The notes under the pieces are model-generated. The model did no database searches, had not been told where the DNA came from, and saw only the letters and a list, made by a program, of their open reading frames with translations. 64,000 nt of DNA from a virus, in IMG/VR virus record IMGVR_UViG_3300006924_000007, positions 8,258 to 72,257 of that record, one strand, 5' to 3'. Of the stretch, positions 29,623 through 37,803 are shown one piece after another. Position numbers and translations under genes: made by a program. How positions within the stretch are numbered: position 1 is the first letter of the stretch; each line of letters starts with the position of its first letter.

Positions 29623-30528
29623 TTATTCTGCTAGTTTAGCAAAGTAAGATAGTGTATCATCATCTTCTTCAACTGAGGCAGTCGGTTTTAGACTGTTAAG
29701 TTCATCCTGAAGATTTTCTGGAAGTGAAGAAGGTACAGGACCGCGACCTTCACTTTCATTCTCAAGTTCTTCATCTGTGGAATGACGAACTGAGTTGCCT
29801 AGAACATATCCAAGACGCTTCTTCAAGTCTTCATAAGATTTGAATTGATCAGCACCAACGAATTCTGCAAGAGAATATTCTTTCTTCCAGATTCCTTCCA
29901 TTGCGTCATCGTCGTCTAGAAGAGCATCCTGACGGGCAAACTCAGAAGAGTCATAATTACGATAACCGGCAACGTTCTTTGCCTTCAACTTGAAGTTGGC
30001 ACCCTGCCAGAAGTCAAATGGATCGATTGCTTCCTCGTCCTCAAACTCAGGTTGCATTGCAGCAGTGAGTTTGTCAAAGATCTTCTTGCCGAATTTGTAG
30101 AGCATGACTCTACCTTCATTATCAGGATTAGCAGGATCTTTGACGACATAGATGTTTGCAACATAAGTCAGTTTGCGCTTCTGCTTACGTGCGGTTTCTT
30201 TACCTGCATCTGTGCCATTATTCCACAGAGAAGTATTGTACTCTGATACAGGATCTTTCTGACCCAGAGTCGTCAGAGAGTTCTCAATATACCATCCACC
30301 AGGACCTTGGAAGGCATGGGAGTATAGTTTTACGAATGGAAGGTCTTCACCTTCAGGAGCAGGCAGGAAACGAATGACGGCATAACCATTGCCGCCTTTA
30401 TCACACTCTAGTTTCCATAGGCGTTCATCACCTGAACTACCTGCATTATTCATTTTTTCGACTTCTTTGACCAGTTTGGCAGTCAAAGAACCCAGTTTGG
30501 ATTGCTTTTTAAGGTCTGCGAAAGACAT
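29623..30528 (-). CDS. gp32: Single-stranded DNA-binding protein gp32
   Basis: DERLWK...GNGYAVIRFLP...YSHAFQGPGGWYIENSLTT...FGKKIFDK; acidic tail. Confidence 0.95.
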   Translation of the reverse strand: MSFADLKKQSKLGSLTAKLVKEVEKMNNAGSSGDERLWKLECDKGGNGYAVIRFLPAPEGEDLPFVKLYSHAFQGPGGWYIENSLTTLGQKDPVSEYNTSLWNNGTDAGKETARKQKRKLTYVANIYVVKDPANPDNEGRVMLYKFGKKIFDKLTAAMQPEFEDEEAIDPFDFWQGANFKLKAKNVAGYRNYDSSEFARQDALLDDDDAMEGIWKKEYSLAEFVGADQFKSYEDLKKRLGYVLGNSVRHSTDEELENESEGRGPVPSSLPENLQDELNSLKPTASVEEDDDTLSYFAKLAE

Positions 30529-30573
30529 TTAGATTACCTCGGATTAATTTGGATTGATTGGATTTACTTGGAT

Positions 30574-30602
30574 ATTATAGCAAAAATTTTGCAGTCAGTC
30601 AA
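30574..30602 (-). promoter_or_regulatory. Sigma70-like promoter for gp32
   Basis: TTGACT-17 nt-TATAAT. Confidence 0.7.
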
Positions 30603-30921
30603 TCTTCAATCTCAGATTTTTAATTGTCTGAGTCATGGTTTCAAAAAATGTATTGACATTGGTATTGGGCGGGAATCCCATCAAGACAAGTGACTTTTGC
30701 AATTCTTCTTTCATTTTAATCGCTTGTGGATCATCAGAAAGAGACACTCTTGTGTACATCAGTTGTTGTTTTTCCAACAATGTTGTCATTTTTTCAATGT
30801 GTTCGTTTTTTTGTTGCGTAGTTAGAGTCGGAAAAGATGATAATTCTTCAAATATTTCACTTTGTAATTCATTAATAATTTCTAATTCTTCCTGAACAAT
30901 TTCAGAGTTAAAAAAACTCAT
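30595..30921 (-). CDS. DUF1825-like conserved cyanobacterial/cyanophage protein
   Basis: MSFFNSEIVQEE...LLEKQQLMYTRVSLSDDPQA. Confidence 0.7.
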   Translation of the reverse strand: MSFFNSEIVQEELEIINELQSEIFEELSSFPTLTTQQKNEHIEKMTTLLEKQQLMYTRVSLSDDPQAIKMKEELQKSLVLMGFPPNTNVNTFFETMTQTIKNLRLKID

Positions 30922-30922
30922 G

Positions 30923-31126
30923 TTACTCTTCCCCTTCTTCTACGTTTTCTTCTTGTTCTTCACTTTGTTCTTCTTGAACTTTACTATTTTCAATTTGCAT
31001 TAAGACATCAATAGCACCCATTAATTTTAAACGGGTATTAGATAAGATAGTCAATTCTTCATTTGTTTGAACAAGTTGTTCCTGCAAACGAGCAAGAACT
31101 TCATCATTTTTAAGAGCCATTACCAA
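30923..31126 (-). CDS. Hypothetical coiled-coil protein
   Basis: 67-aa ORF in the operon. Confidence 0.55.
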   Translation of the reverse strand: MVMALKNDEVLARLQEQLVQTNEELTILSNTRLKLMGAIDVLMQIENSKVQEEQSEEQEENVEEGEE

Positions 31127-31718
31127 GAATCTCCTTTATTATTTTTTTATGGTTGAACACGTTAATATTTAGAAAGGGAGTATATTTTTTTATTTTTAAA
31201 TTGACGGATTCCCACACCGGATCATTTAATTTCTTATCGAAATTTTTTGAAAAATGGAAGATGATTTCGTAGATTGTTAAAGTTTCTAGAGAGATGTTCC
31301 CTCCTAGAAATTTTTTTAGGATTTTGGGATGTCCCTTGGAGCAATCGAATAGACTCTCCAAGTCGTTCTCCGAGAGTAATTCGTTGCTTTGTTCTTTGAA
31401 TAAGTAAGTCAAACTCTGCTGACGTTTCATCCAATCGGCGTACTTTCTTTCGCCAGAATTGATAATTTCTCCAATCCATAGGTTTTGTGGGTTGTCGGTG
31501 GAAACAAAATTAGATACAAGGAAATTAACGATTTCTTTATTAGAATACTTACGGGAAGTTTTTTCAAACCAATACTTATCCTTCCTTTTATTAAATGATG
31601 CCATTGAAGCACGGGTTTTGGCACCATACTTAAAGAAATCATATTTTGGATTTGTAAAATGATTCTTTAATGAAAGATAATGCTGGTATGTTTCAAACGG
31701 AGTCACTTTCAACATCAT
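31110..31718 (-). CDS. gp59: Helicase loader gp59
   Basis: YLSLKNHFT...YDFFKY...FNKRKDKYWFEK...ISLETL. Confidence 0.88.
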   Translation of the reverse strand: MMLKVTPFETYQHYLSLKNHFTNPKYDFFKYGAKTRASMASFNKRKDKYWFEKTSRKYSNKEIVNFLVSNFVSTDNPQNLWIGEIINSGERKYADWMKRQQSLTYLFKEQSNELLSENDLESLFDCSKGHPKILKKFLGGNISLETLTIYEIIFHFSKNFDKKLNDPVWESVNLKIKKYTPFLNINVFNHKKIIKEILGNGS

Positions 31719-31890
31719 CTACTCTTTCAAATTCTTCAATCATATTAACAGGAACACTGTGCTTATTGGCAATTAGATACCAGTGTGTTCCTTCACCGGG
31801 ACCAATATATTTGATCTCGGTTTTGGGAATATTATGTTCCCTTATTGCTGCCTGCATCTTAAGATGTAGGAGTTCATCATGAGAAATCAT
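31693..31890 (-). CDS. Hypothetical protein
   Basis: 65-aa ORF coupled to gp33 and gp59. Confidence 0.6.
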   Translation of the reverse strand: MISHDELLHLKMQAAIREHNIPKTEIKYIGPGEGTHWYLIANKHSVPVNMIEEFERVDDVESDSV

Positions 31891-32147
31891 ATCGGAAGTT
31901 TTGCTCTTGAAGTTTTCTTCATGAAATTAAGACTAATAGCATCATACTTTAATCTTTCTTTCAGTGGTTTTGAAATTAATTTTGTTACTGAGTCTACCTC
32001 AATATTATTAATTTCGCAATAGTAGCAAATGGCATCAATGTAATTCATACCTTCCTTTGCTACTATGGTTTCTATCTCCATAGAAAACTTAGATGGTGTC
32101 AGAAATTTGCTTTCTAACGCTTTCTCTAGTTCTTTATTCGGTTCCAT
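31887..32147 (-). CDS. gp33: Late transcription coactivator gp33
   Basis: FSMEIE...YIDAICYYCE...LISKPLKERLKYDA; start moved to MEPNKELE (ATG 32147). Confidence 0.88.
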   Translation of the reverse strand: MEPNKELEKALESKFLTPSKFSMEIETIVAKEGMNYIDAICYYCEINNIEVDSVTKLISKPLKERLKYDAISLNFMKKTSRAKLPI

Positions 32148-32814
32148 AGAGTTCCAATTTATCTGTAACAAACTTTCTAATGTATTCGGTAAGAAGTTTG
32201 ATGTACTTTGATTTGTCTCGTTCTTCGTAGACGACGCATTCTCCATTTTCACAAGCCATAATGATTACAAATTTTTTGACTGGAATACCAGTCATTTCAT
32301 ACAGCATACATGCATATGCCGCACATTGGACAAAATAGTTTTCGATCCAATTTCTTGGTTTCGGTTTCTTAGAAGTCTTGAAGTCAATTATTGCTAACTC
32401 ACCATCATATTCTGCAATACAATCGACGGTTCCTGCAATTCCCAACTGCTTACTATATAGGGAAGTTTCTAGAGCATGAATATTGTCAATGTTTCTTAAA
32501 GTTCCTTTAGAAATCTTAAATAGAAACTCAGAAATAGGACGAACTTTAGGGAGATCTTCGTTCTTGAGATGATACTCTACAAGTGTATGCATATCCGTGC
32601 CACGACCAGTTGCAGCCTTTGTGACTCGATTTGCCTCTTCATCACCAACTTTCTTACGCCACTTAACAAAGATTTCTTTATTAAAATGACTAGTCACCGA
32701 AGTGATAGAAACTAGTTTTAAAAGTTCTTTTTCATCAGGAACAGAATAATATCTGACTCCATCAATGGTCTCCCTCTCAAGTTGAGGGAGATTCAAATCA
32801 ACATGATTAAACAT
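32134..32814 (-). CDS. PD-(D/E)xK exonuclease (Cas4/RecB-like, conserved in cyanomyoviruses)
   Basis: SITSVTS...RGTDMH...E...AGTVDCI...IIDFKTS...YFVQ. Confidence 0.85.
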   Translation of the reverse strand: MFNHVDLNLPQLERETIDGVRYYSVPDEKELLKLVSITSVTSHFNKEIFVKWRKKVGDEEANRVTKAATGRGTDMHTLVEYHLKNEDLPKVRPISEFLFKISKGTLRNIDNIHALETSLYSKQLGIAGTVDCIAEYDGELAIIDFKTSKKPKPRNWIENYFVQCAAYACMLYEMTGIPVKKFVIIMACENGECVVYEERDKSKYIKLLTEYIRKFVTDKLELYGTE

Positions 32815-33569
32815 TACAAACCTGCTTCTATTTTTGCGACGATGTATTCTCGAACTAAACCTGAACGAACAATGTCTTCTATTTGAAACTCAATAACATC
32901 AAAAGAAGGCATCTTTCTCAAAATACTCATAAAATCCATAATACCATTACGATCATTGGTTTTTGTCAAATCTGATTGTCTGGCATCACCACAGAAACAA
33001 ATTTTACTGTTTTCACCAATACGAGTAATTATACTATCAAGTTCATGAAAATTCAAGTTTTGGAATTCATCGACGATAATGATTGCATTATCGAGAGTTG
33101 TTCCTCTTAAGAAAGAAGTGCTCCAAAATTTGATGGTCTCTTGTGCTTTGAGATTGCCATACAGCATTTCAAAATCCACATCAGATGTCATCTGGAACAT
33201 ATACTTCACCATAGATTTGTATGGAATCTGATAAAGAGAAGACTTGTCCTCATGATCTCCCGGCAGAAATCCAATCTCGCGAGTGGCAATCAGAGATCTG
33301 ACGATATACACATTTTCATATGGAGTATTCTCGTCCAGAACATCTTTCAATGCATTGAAAAGAGTAATAAAAGTCTTACCTGTACCGGCACATCCATATG
33401 CGACTAAATGTTTGTCATCATTATATGAATCAAACAACCTTTGTTGATTATCAGTAAGAGGTTTAATATCAACCAAATAATTGGCACTCAAAGGTTTCTT
33501 CTTTTTCATTCTCATTGAAGTCATACCTACTCCAATAGATTCTTCTGAAGTCTTTTTTCTTCTAGGCAT
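32814..33569 (-). CDS. phoH: PhoH-family protein
   Basis: GCAGTGKT, REIGFLPG, FLRGTT, DEFQN, TRIG and GDARQSD motifs. Confidence 0.95.
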   Translation of the reverse strand: MPRRKKTSEESIGVGMTSMRMKKKKPLSANYLVDIKPLTDNQQRLFDSYNDDKHLVAYGCAGTGKTFITLFNALKDVLDENTPYENVYIVRSLIATREIGFLPGDHEDKSSLYQIPYKSMVKYMFQMTSDVDFEMLYGNLKAQETIKFWSTSFLRGTTLDNAIIIVDEFQNLNFHELDSIITRIGENSKICFCGDARQSDLTKTNDRNGIMDFMSILRKMPSFDVIEFQIEDIVRSGLVREYIVAKIEAGL

Positions 33570-33570
33570 A

Positions 33571-33819
33571 CTAAATCTTCTTTACTCTTGATCCGGGTGC
33601 TTTGGATGCTTTTGCAAGGACATCATTCCATCCGGGGTTTTTAGCAACTAATTTATCTTTCCATTCACCAACTTCTCCTGCACCAGGACATGTTGATGGG
33701 TCAGACCAATCTCTTTTCCAATCAGGATTATCATCACACCATTGAGGCCAATCATGGACACTGAGAATTACTTCTTTCTGTTCACCTGATTCTTTGTTAA
33801 CTACAGGATATGTTGCCAT
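33571..33819 (-). CDS. Conserved cyanophage hypothetical protein
   Basis: MATYPVVNKESGEQKEV...GWNDVLAKASKAPGS; start moved to ATG 33819. Confidence 0.7.
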   Translation of the reverse strand: MATYPVVNKESGEQKEVILSVHDWPQWCDDNPDWKRDWSDPSTCPGAGEVGEWKDKLVAKNPGWNDVLAKASKAPGSRVKKI

Positions 33820-33844
33820 TGTTAAAAATTCAATATAAAAATAT

Positions 33845-34480
33845 TTAGACCCATTCAAGGGATTCAGAAACAGCAGGAAACTGTTCAATAAAGATTTCTC
33901 TACATGCTTCTGCGATGTCCATATGCTCCTTCTGAGTGCCGTGTGCGGACCTCAGAGTGATATAATGGATCCACGACCTACATGAGCCGGTCATGTAGAT
34001 TCTGGTAGGCGTACATAATGGAAGCACCATACGAGCACATTCTTTTGCAACTCCAGATGCAAGCATTTGTTGATAGAGTGCCATAGATGAATCAAACAGA
34101 GTTTGCATCTGAAGTTCTAGTTTCTGGACTATAAAAGGATCTAAGTCATCAATAGAGTTTTGACGATTCTTATCATCTTGACGACGTAGTTCTGGCAAAG
34201 CAATTTTCTTTGATAGCATTGAAGAATCAGCATATCGTTGTGAAAATTCTTGATATGTGAAACTACGATGCCTTAAAATCTGAGCTGCAATGGCACGAGT
34301 AGTCTCAATTTCCAGAGTCATTGTTGATTGCTCAAACACGGACCAATGATTGTGTTTGATACAGTATTTTAGGAGACCAGAATACTTTTCATTATTCTGA
34401 TTTGATGGATTAGAGACCCTAGCAATATATGCCATGGTCTGTTCTGCATCAGGGGTGACACTTATAAGTTTAACAGTCAT
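33845..34480 (-). CDS. thyX: FAD-dependent thymidylate synthase
   Basis: ThyX motif QILRHRSFTYQEFSQRY; HWSVFE; ECARMVLP. Confidence 0.95.
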   Translation of the reverse strand: MTVKLISVTPDAEQTMAYIARVSNPSNQNNEKYSGLLKYCIKHNHWSVFEQSTMTLEIETTRAIAAQILRHRSFTYQEFSQRYADSSMLSKKIALPELRRQDDKNRQNSIDDLDPFIVQKLELQMQTLFDSSMALYQQMLASGVAKECARMVLPLCTPTRIYMTGSCRSWIHYITLRSAHGTQKEHMDIAEACREIFIEQFPAVSESLEWV

Positions 34481-34638
34481 TTTTCACCAAATCCTTTAGG
34501 TTTTGTTCTTGGAGTTCTTTTTACTGATAGTTCCAGTTGATTAAGTTGTTCTTGCATGTATTTAAGCTCATCACTACTATACAAATAATTTTGAGAAATT
34601 GCACTCTTAAGATTTTTAATCAATTGTTTAGTTCTCAT
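34477..34638 (-). CDS. Small hypothetical protein (53 aa)
   Basis: Hand translation MRTKQLIKNLKSAISQNYLYS...KPKGFGEK; ATGA overlaps on both sides. Confidence 0.6.
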   Translation of the reverse strand: MRTKQLIKNLKSAISQNYLYSSDELKYMQEQLNQLELSVKRTPRTKPKGFGEK

Positions 34639-34811
34639 CTATCATCGTCCTCAAAAATTTCATCATAGTCTGTAATATAATTAGAAACTGGGTCATCAAA
34701 GTTTTCCTGTTTGGAAACATATGATTCCCTGTCAGAATATACTTCGGATTTTAGAGCATCGATTAACAATTCTAAATTCCGGACAATTAGTTTTAATTTA
34801 TCCTTTTCCAT
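34635..34811 (-). CDS. Hypothetical protein
   Basis: MEKDKLKLIVRNLELLIDALKSEVYSD...; start moved to ATG 34811. Confidence 0.6.
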   Translation of the reverse strand: MEKDKLKLIVRNLELLIDALKSEVYSDRESYVSKQENFDDPVSNYITDYDEIFEDDDR

Positions 34812-34842
34812 AAAATTGTATATGGTTATAGGTATTTTACAT

Positions 34843-34870
34843 AAAAAAGGGGGGTTAGTCAACCCCCCCT
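34843..34870 (-). terminator. Rho-independent terminator
   Basis: G/C hairpin followed by a T6 run on the minus strand, after the DUF4278-like gene. Confidence 0.7.
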
Positions 34871-34891
34871 AACAATTTTAACGTAAGTGAC

Positions 34892-35059
34892 TCACTTGTT
34901 GTAGATACGACCACGATAACAGAATGTACCGTGCGTTTCTTTTGATTCTACACAACGAGTATCATACTCGACACCACGATATGAGGTGTGAGTGATTTGT
35001 GCGTCGTGCAGTGCAGATACTTTGTTGATCTGCTTGCGAATCATGTTTAGTGTGTTCAT
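34892..35059 (-). CDS. DUF4278-like small protein (55 aa)
   Basis: Hand translation MNTLNMIRKQ...TSYRGVEY...TFCYRGRIYNK with two YRG motifs; AGGAG RBS; directly downstream of the riboswitch-like RNA. Confidence 0.72.
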   Translation of the reverse strand: MNTLNMIRKQINKVSALHDAQITHTSYRGVEYDTRCVESKETHGTFCYRGRIYNK

Positions 35060-35092
35060 GTTGTTACTCCTAAAGTAGTTGGATTTTTAGGT

Positions 35093-35327
35093 CCGTTCCT
35101 TTAGTCGTTTGCGTCCCAATACCACTCACATTCTGGTGCTGAGTCCTTGAGGGTCTCAACTAACTCAACCTTAAGATGATTACTAAGGTTAACATTGTTC
35201 TCAATCTTCAGCATGATAGCATCAGTTTGAGTGCATGAGAGTGTTGTATAGAATAATAGTTCTAGCATGGGATGAACGGCTCCGTTCCGCGACTTACTTG
35301 CGTCCCACCCTAGAGTGGGATGAACGT
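35093..35327 (-). ncRNA. Tandem glutamine-riboswitch-like aptamers (glnA / Downstream-peptide class)
   Basis: Aptamer 1: CGTTCATCCCAC-loop-GTGGGACGCAAGTAAGTCGCGGAACGG. Aptamer 2: CCGTTCATCCCA...TGGGACGCAAACGACTAAAGGAACGG. AGTCG/CGACT complementarity; upstream of a DUF4278-like ORF. Confidence 0.72.
35101..35268 (-). CDS. 55-aa ORF nested in the second aptamer
   Basis: MLELLFYTTLSCTQTDAIMLKI...APECEWYWDAND; the ATG lies in the 5' arm of the stem. Confidence 0.55.
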   Translation of the reverse strand: MLELLFYTTLSCTQTDAIMLKIENNVNLSNHLKVELVETLKDSAPECEWYWDAND

Positions 35328-35335
35328 TAGGTCTT

Positions 35336-35364
35336 ATTATAGACCTCATACCTTATTTAGTCAA
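35336..35364 (-). promoter_or_regulatory. Sigma70-like promoter with an embedded CTAAATA late motif
   Basis: TTGACT-17 nt-TATAAT immediately before aptamer 1. Confidence 0.72.
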
Positions 35365-35388
35365 GTGTCTTGGTATTAAGACAAATAG

Positions 35389-35727
35389 TTATTTTTTCTT
35401 CTTTGGTTTGGGTGGTTCATATCCCCAACTCTTTGGATTGACTCCACCGTATCCAAAATCAATCTTCTGAATGGCACCTTTGCCATACTTATCATAGTAC
35501 ATATCAAAAAGTCTGGAGTCCTTTCCACAACGAGTAAGATCTATACACGTTACTCCATCAACAACATACCAAATTAATTTAGCATCGGTAGGAAAACTCT
35601 TGTCTTTTGCTTTTTCAATAGTAGTTTTTTCTAAAAGAATCTGACATCCATAATCAGATTCTTTAATTGAAATCATTTCCTTTCCTGCCTCTGGCGTTGT
35701 TTGTTTTTCTTCTACTGCAGATGTCAT
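35389..35727 (-). CDS. Conserved cyanophage hypothetical protein
   Basis: ...FDMYYDKYG...IDFGYGGVNPKSWGY; ATGA-coupled. Confidence 0.65.
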   Translation of the reverse strand: MTSAVEEKQTTPEAGKEMISIKESDYGCQILLEKTTIEKAKDKSFPTDAKLIWYVVDGVTCIDLTRCGKDSRLFDMYYDKYGKGAIQKIDFGYGGVNPKSWGYEPPKPKKKK

Positions 35728-36335
35728 GTGCGATCTCCCCAAATAATATCAGAATATGCTGCAGAAACAACATCTCTTGAAATTTTATACTTAGTTTCTA
35801 ATTGTTTATCTTTAACAAGAGTTAGAATTTCTGCTTCAAGTGGATGTAGTCCTTGTAGAATATTGATAAACATTGTTTCACGACGAATTGCATTAATTCC
35901 GCTATTTCCACCCTTAACAAAGTGATAGAAGTGTTTTGATTCTCTACGAATAGTTGTATGTCCTTGCTGATCACTAATACCTAAGGAGAAATTTCCAGAT
36001 TCATACATTGTACGAATGTCATGATCAATTTTAGTTGACAAAGTTCCCGAATAAGTATTTTGCTGATCGTATCCAACATAAGGAACAGGTCCATCAGGAA
36101 GAACAGAGACGATAGATTCATCAAAGTTCCAGACAAAGAGTCTTCTCAGTGAAGGATCATTATACTTTTTCAATACTTCAATCTTCTTTGCCTTTGTTCT
36201 TGAACGAGATACCAAGTCAAAAACTTCAAATGTTAGTGGATTTCTTGGAAGATTATCCACTACAAATGAAGTTGTCTTCTTTTTAGTGGTTGTCTTTGCC
36301 TTAGTCGTTGTTGTCATCTTCTTCGCTGTCGTCAT
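35724..36335 (-). CDS. Conserved T4-like phage hypothetical protein
   Basis: WNFDESI.S.LPDGPVPY...RRETMFINILQGLHPLEAEIL. Confidence 0.7.
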   Translation of the reverse strand: MTTAKKMTTTTKAKTTTKKKTTSFVVDNLPRNPLTFEVFDLVSRSRTKAKKIEVLKKYNDPSLRRLFVWNFDESIVSVLPDGPVPYVGYDQQNTYSGTLSTKIDHDIRTMYESGNFSLGISDQQGHTTIRRESKHFYHFVKGGNSGINAIRRETMFINILQGLHPLEAEILTLVKDKQLETKYKISRDVVSAAYSDIIWGDRT

Positions 36336-36528
36336 GATAGTTTTCAAAATTAAATGCTATGACCTCATCTGGAATCAGGTTGCCCTGTTCATCAAACATT
36401 TCGGGGTGAGGTCTGGGTACTTCCCGATAGTTCATCATATATTCTCTAGCAGTCCAACCAACCACAAGTCCTAGTATTAGAAACAAAACGGTCAGAAATG
36501 AACCAAAGACTAAACTTACTGCTAACAT
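36301..36528 (-). CDS. Small membrane protein, cyanophage hypothetical
   Basis: N-terminal hydrophobic helix followed by HPEMFDEQGNLIPDE. Confidence 0.6.
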   Translation of the reverse strand: MLAVSLVFGSFLTVLFLILGLVVGWTAREYMMNYREVPRPHPEMFDEQGNLIPDEVIAFNFENYHDDSEEDDNND

Positions 36529-36634
36529 GTATCTTACCTCAGAACTAATTTGTTTGTTTAGACTTTTTCTTCTCCTGTTTAGTATAAACTCAATACCACG
36601 ATTAACTTGATGAGTGTCTTTATTTAGTGGAGAA

Positions 36635-36871
36635 TCAGATGACTTTGTTTTCCCGGAGGAATTTAATGGTGTCAACACAACCTCCTAATTTTTTATCATC
36701 ACATAAGACCTGTGGAAAAGTAGAATCTTCTTCAAACTTATCAAAAAATGATTCCCGATCAAAATCTTCTCCTAAAGTATAGACCACAAACTCACTTTTT
36801 GTCAATTCTAAAACTTTTTTAATTTTCTCGCAGTATGGACAGTTGTTTTTAGAATATATCGTGAAATTCAT
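36635..36871 (-). CDS. Glutaredoxin
   Basis: CPYC active site, TFPQV, LGG. Confidence 0.92.
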   Translation of the reverse strand: MNFTIYSKNNCPYCEKIKKVLELTKSEFVVYTLGEDFDRESFFDKFEEDSTFPQVLCDDKKLGGCVDTIKFLRENKVI

Positions 36872-36906
36872 ACTTATATAAGGGATTACAAATTAATTTA
36901 TAAGAT

Positions 36907-37008
36907 AAAAAAAGGGAAGAAATTCTTTCCCCCCTTAGTATATCACCAATTTACCTTTCCCACCACAGAAAGGGTCTTCAGTCCCAAAGTTACAAGGATG
37001 CTGAACAC
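36907..37008 (-). ncRNA. Putative small non-coding RNA (~100 nt)
   Basis: Flanked by TTGACA-17-TATAAT (37015-37043) and a hairpin plus T-run terminator (36907-36935); two internal hairpins; no ATG-started ORF. Confidence 0.5.
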
Positions 37009-37014
37009 TTTGAT

Positions 37015-37078
37015 ATTATAAAGTAATTTTGATTTCGTGTCAAGCACGATTGACGTGCATGGTTAAATATGATAGAGT
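37015..37078. promoter_or_regulatory. Back-to-back sigma70-like promoters
   Basis: Minus strand TTGACA-17-TATAAT (37043-37015); plus strand TTGACG-17-TAGAGT (37050-37078). Confidence 0.6.
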
Positions 37079-37101
37079 TGAACACATCTAGAAGATTAAA
37101 A

Positions 37102-37803
37102 ATGTCAATAAGTTTTGATGATCTGACGGGCAAAAAACCTCAGCAGCAACCACAACAACAACAATCACAAGACGAATTGCTTTCGTTATTTCCAACACCA
37201 GTTCTCATCGCACAATATCCTGTTCCCTACGAGAAAGAGTTAGAATATATTCGTAACTTGCCCTGTCGTAGAGAAAACAAGGGTGGAGATGCAGGTAATA
37301 AGATACACTATAACCGACAGTCAGAAGATACTTTTGTATTAGATAAACCTGAACTCTCTAACATCAGGGAGTTCATTAAGTCTAAGATTTTTAAGTTTGC
37401 TCGTGAAGTCATGAGTTCTAAAGATGAGGTGGTGATTACTCAATCATGGATTAATAAGTCTGGTAAGGGTGAATCGCACCACGAACATGTTCATCCTAAT
37501 AGTATGATTAGTGGTGTCTGGTATCCTGTCATCAATGAACAACTACCACCAATTCAGTTTCGTAGTAGATCACAAAGAGATATTAGTCTGTCTAACGATA
37601 AGTATAACAACTTTAATAGCGCAACATTCTTACTACCCATGAAGATGGGAGAGTTGATTATCTTCCCAAGTAATCTCACTCATAGTGTTCCTGCTAATCA
37701 ATCAGAGACTGAACGTATTAGTTTGTCCTTTAATACTTGGGTCAAGGGTAGTCTTGGTGACATCAATTCACTGACCTATCTTCCACTTGATCGCTGCGTA
37801 TGA
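37102..37803 (+). CDS. 2OG-Fe(II) oxygenase-like protein (TIGR02466-like)
   Basis: LFPTP, QSWIN, HEHVHPNSMISGVWY, LIIFPSNLTHSV, RISLSFN; start placed at MSISF downstream of the predicted promoter. Confidence 0.82.
   Translation: MSISFDDLTGKKPQQQPQQQQSQDELLSLFPTPVLIAQYPVPYEKELEYIRNLPCRRENKGGDAGNKIHYNRQSEDTFVLDKPELSNIREFIKSKIFKFAREVMSSKDEVVITQSWINKSGKGESHHEHVHPNSMISGVWYPVINEQLPPIQFRSRSQRDISLSNDKYNNFNSATFLLPMKMGELIIFPSNLTHSVPANQSETERISLSFNTWVKGSLGDINSLTYLPLDRCV

Noticed and set aside
32134-32814. Cas4 suggesting a CRISPR system
   Set aside because: It lacks an evident four-Cys cluster and occupies the usual exonuclease position between phoH and gp33.
35101-35349. 82-aa version of the nested ORF from the ORF track
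   Set aside because: Its start lies inside the predicted promoter spacer, upstream of the likely TSS; ATG 35268 is more plausible.
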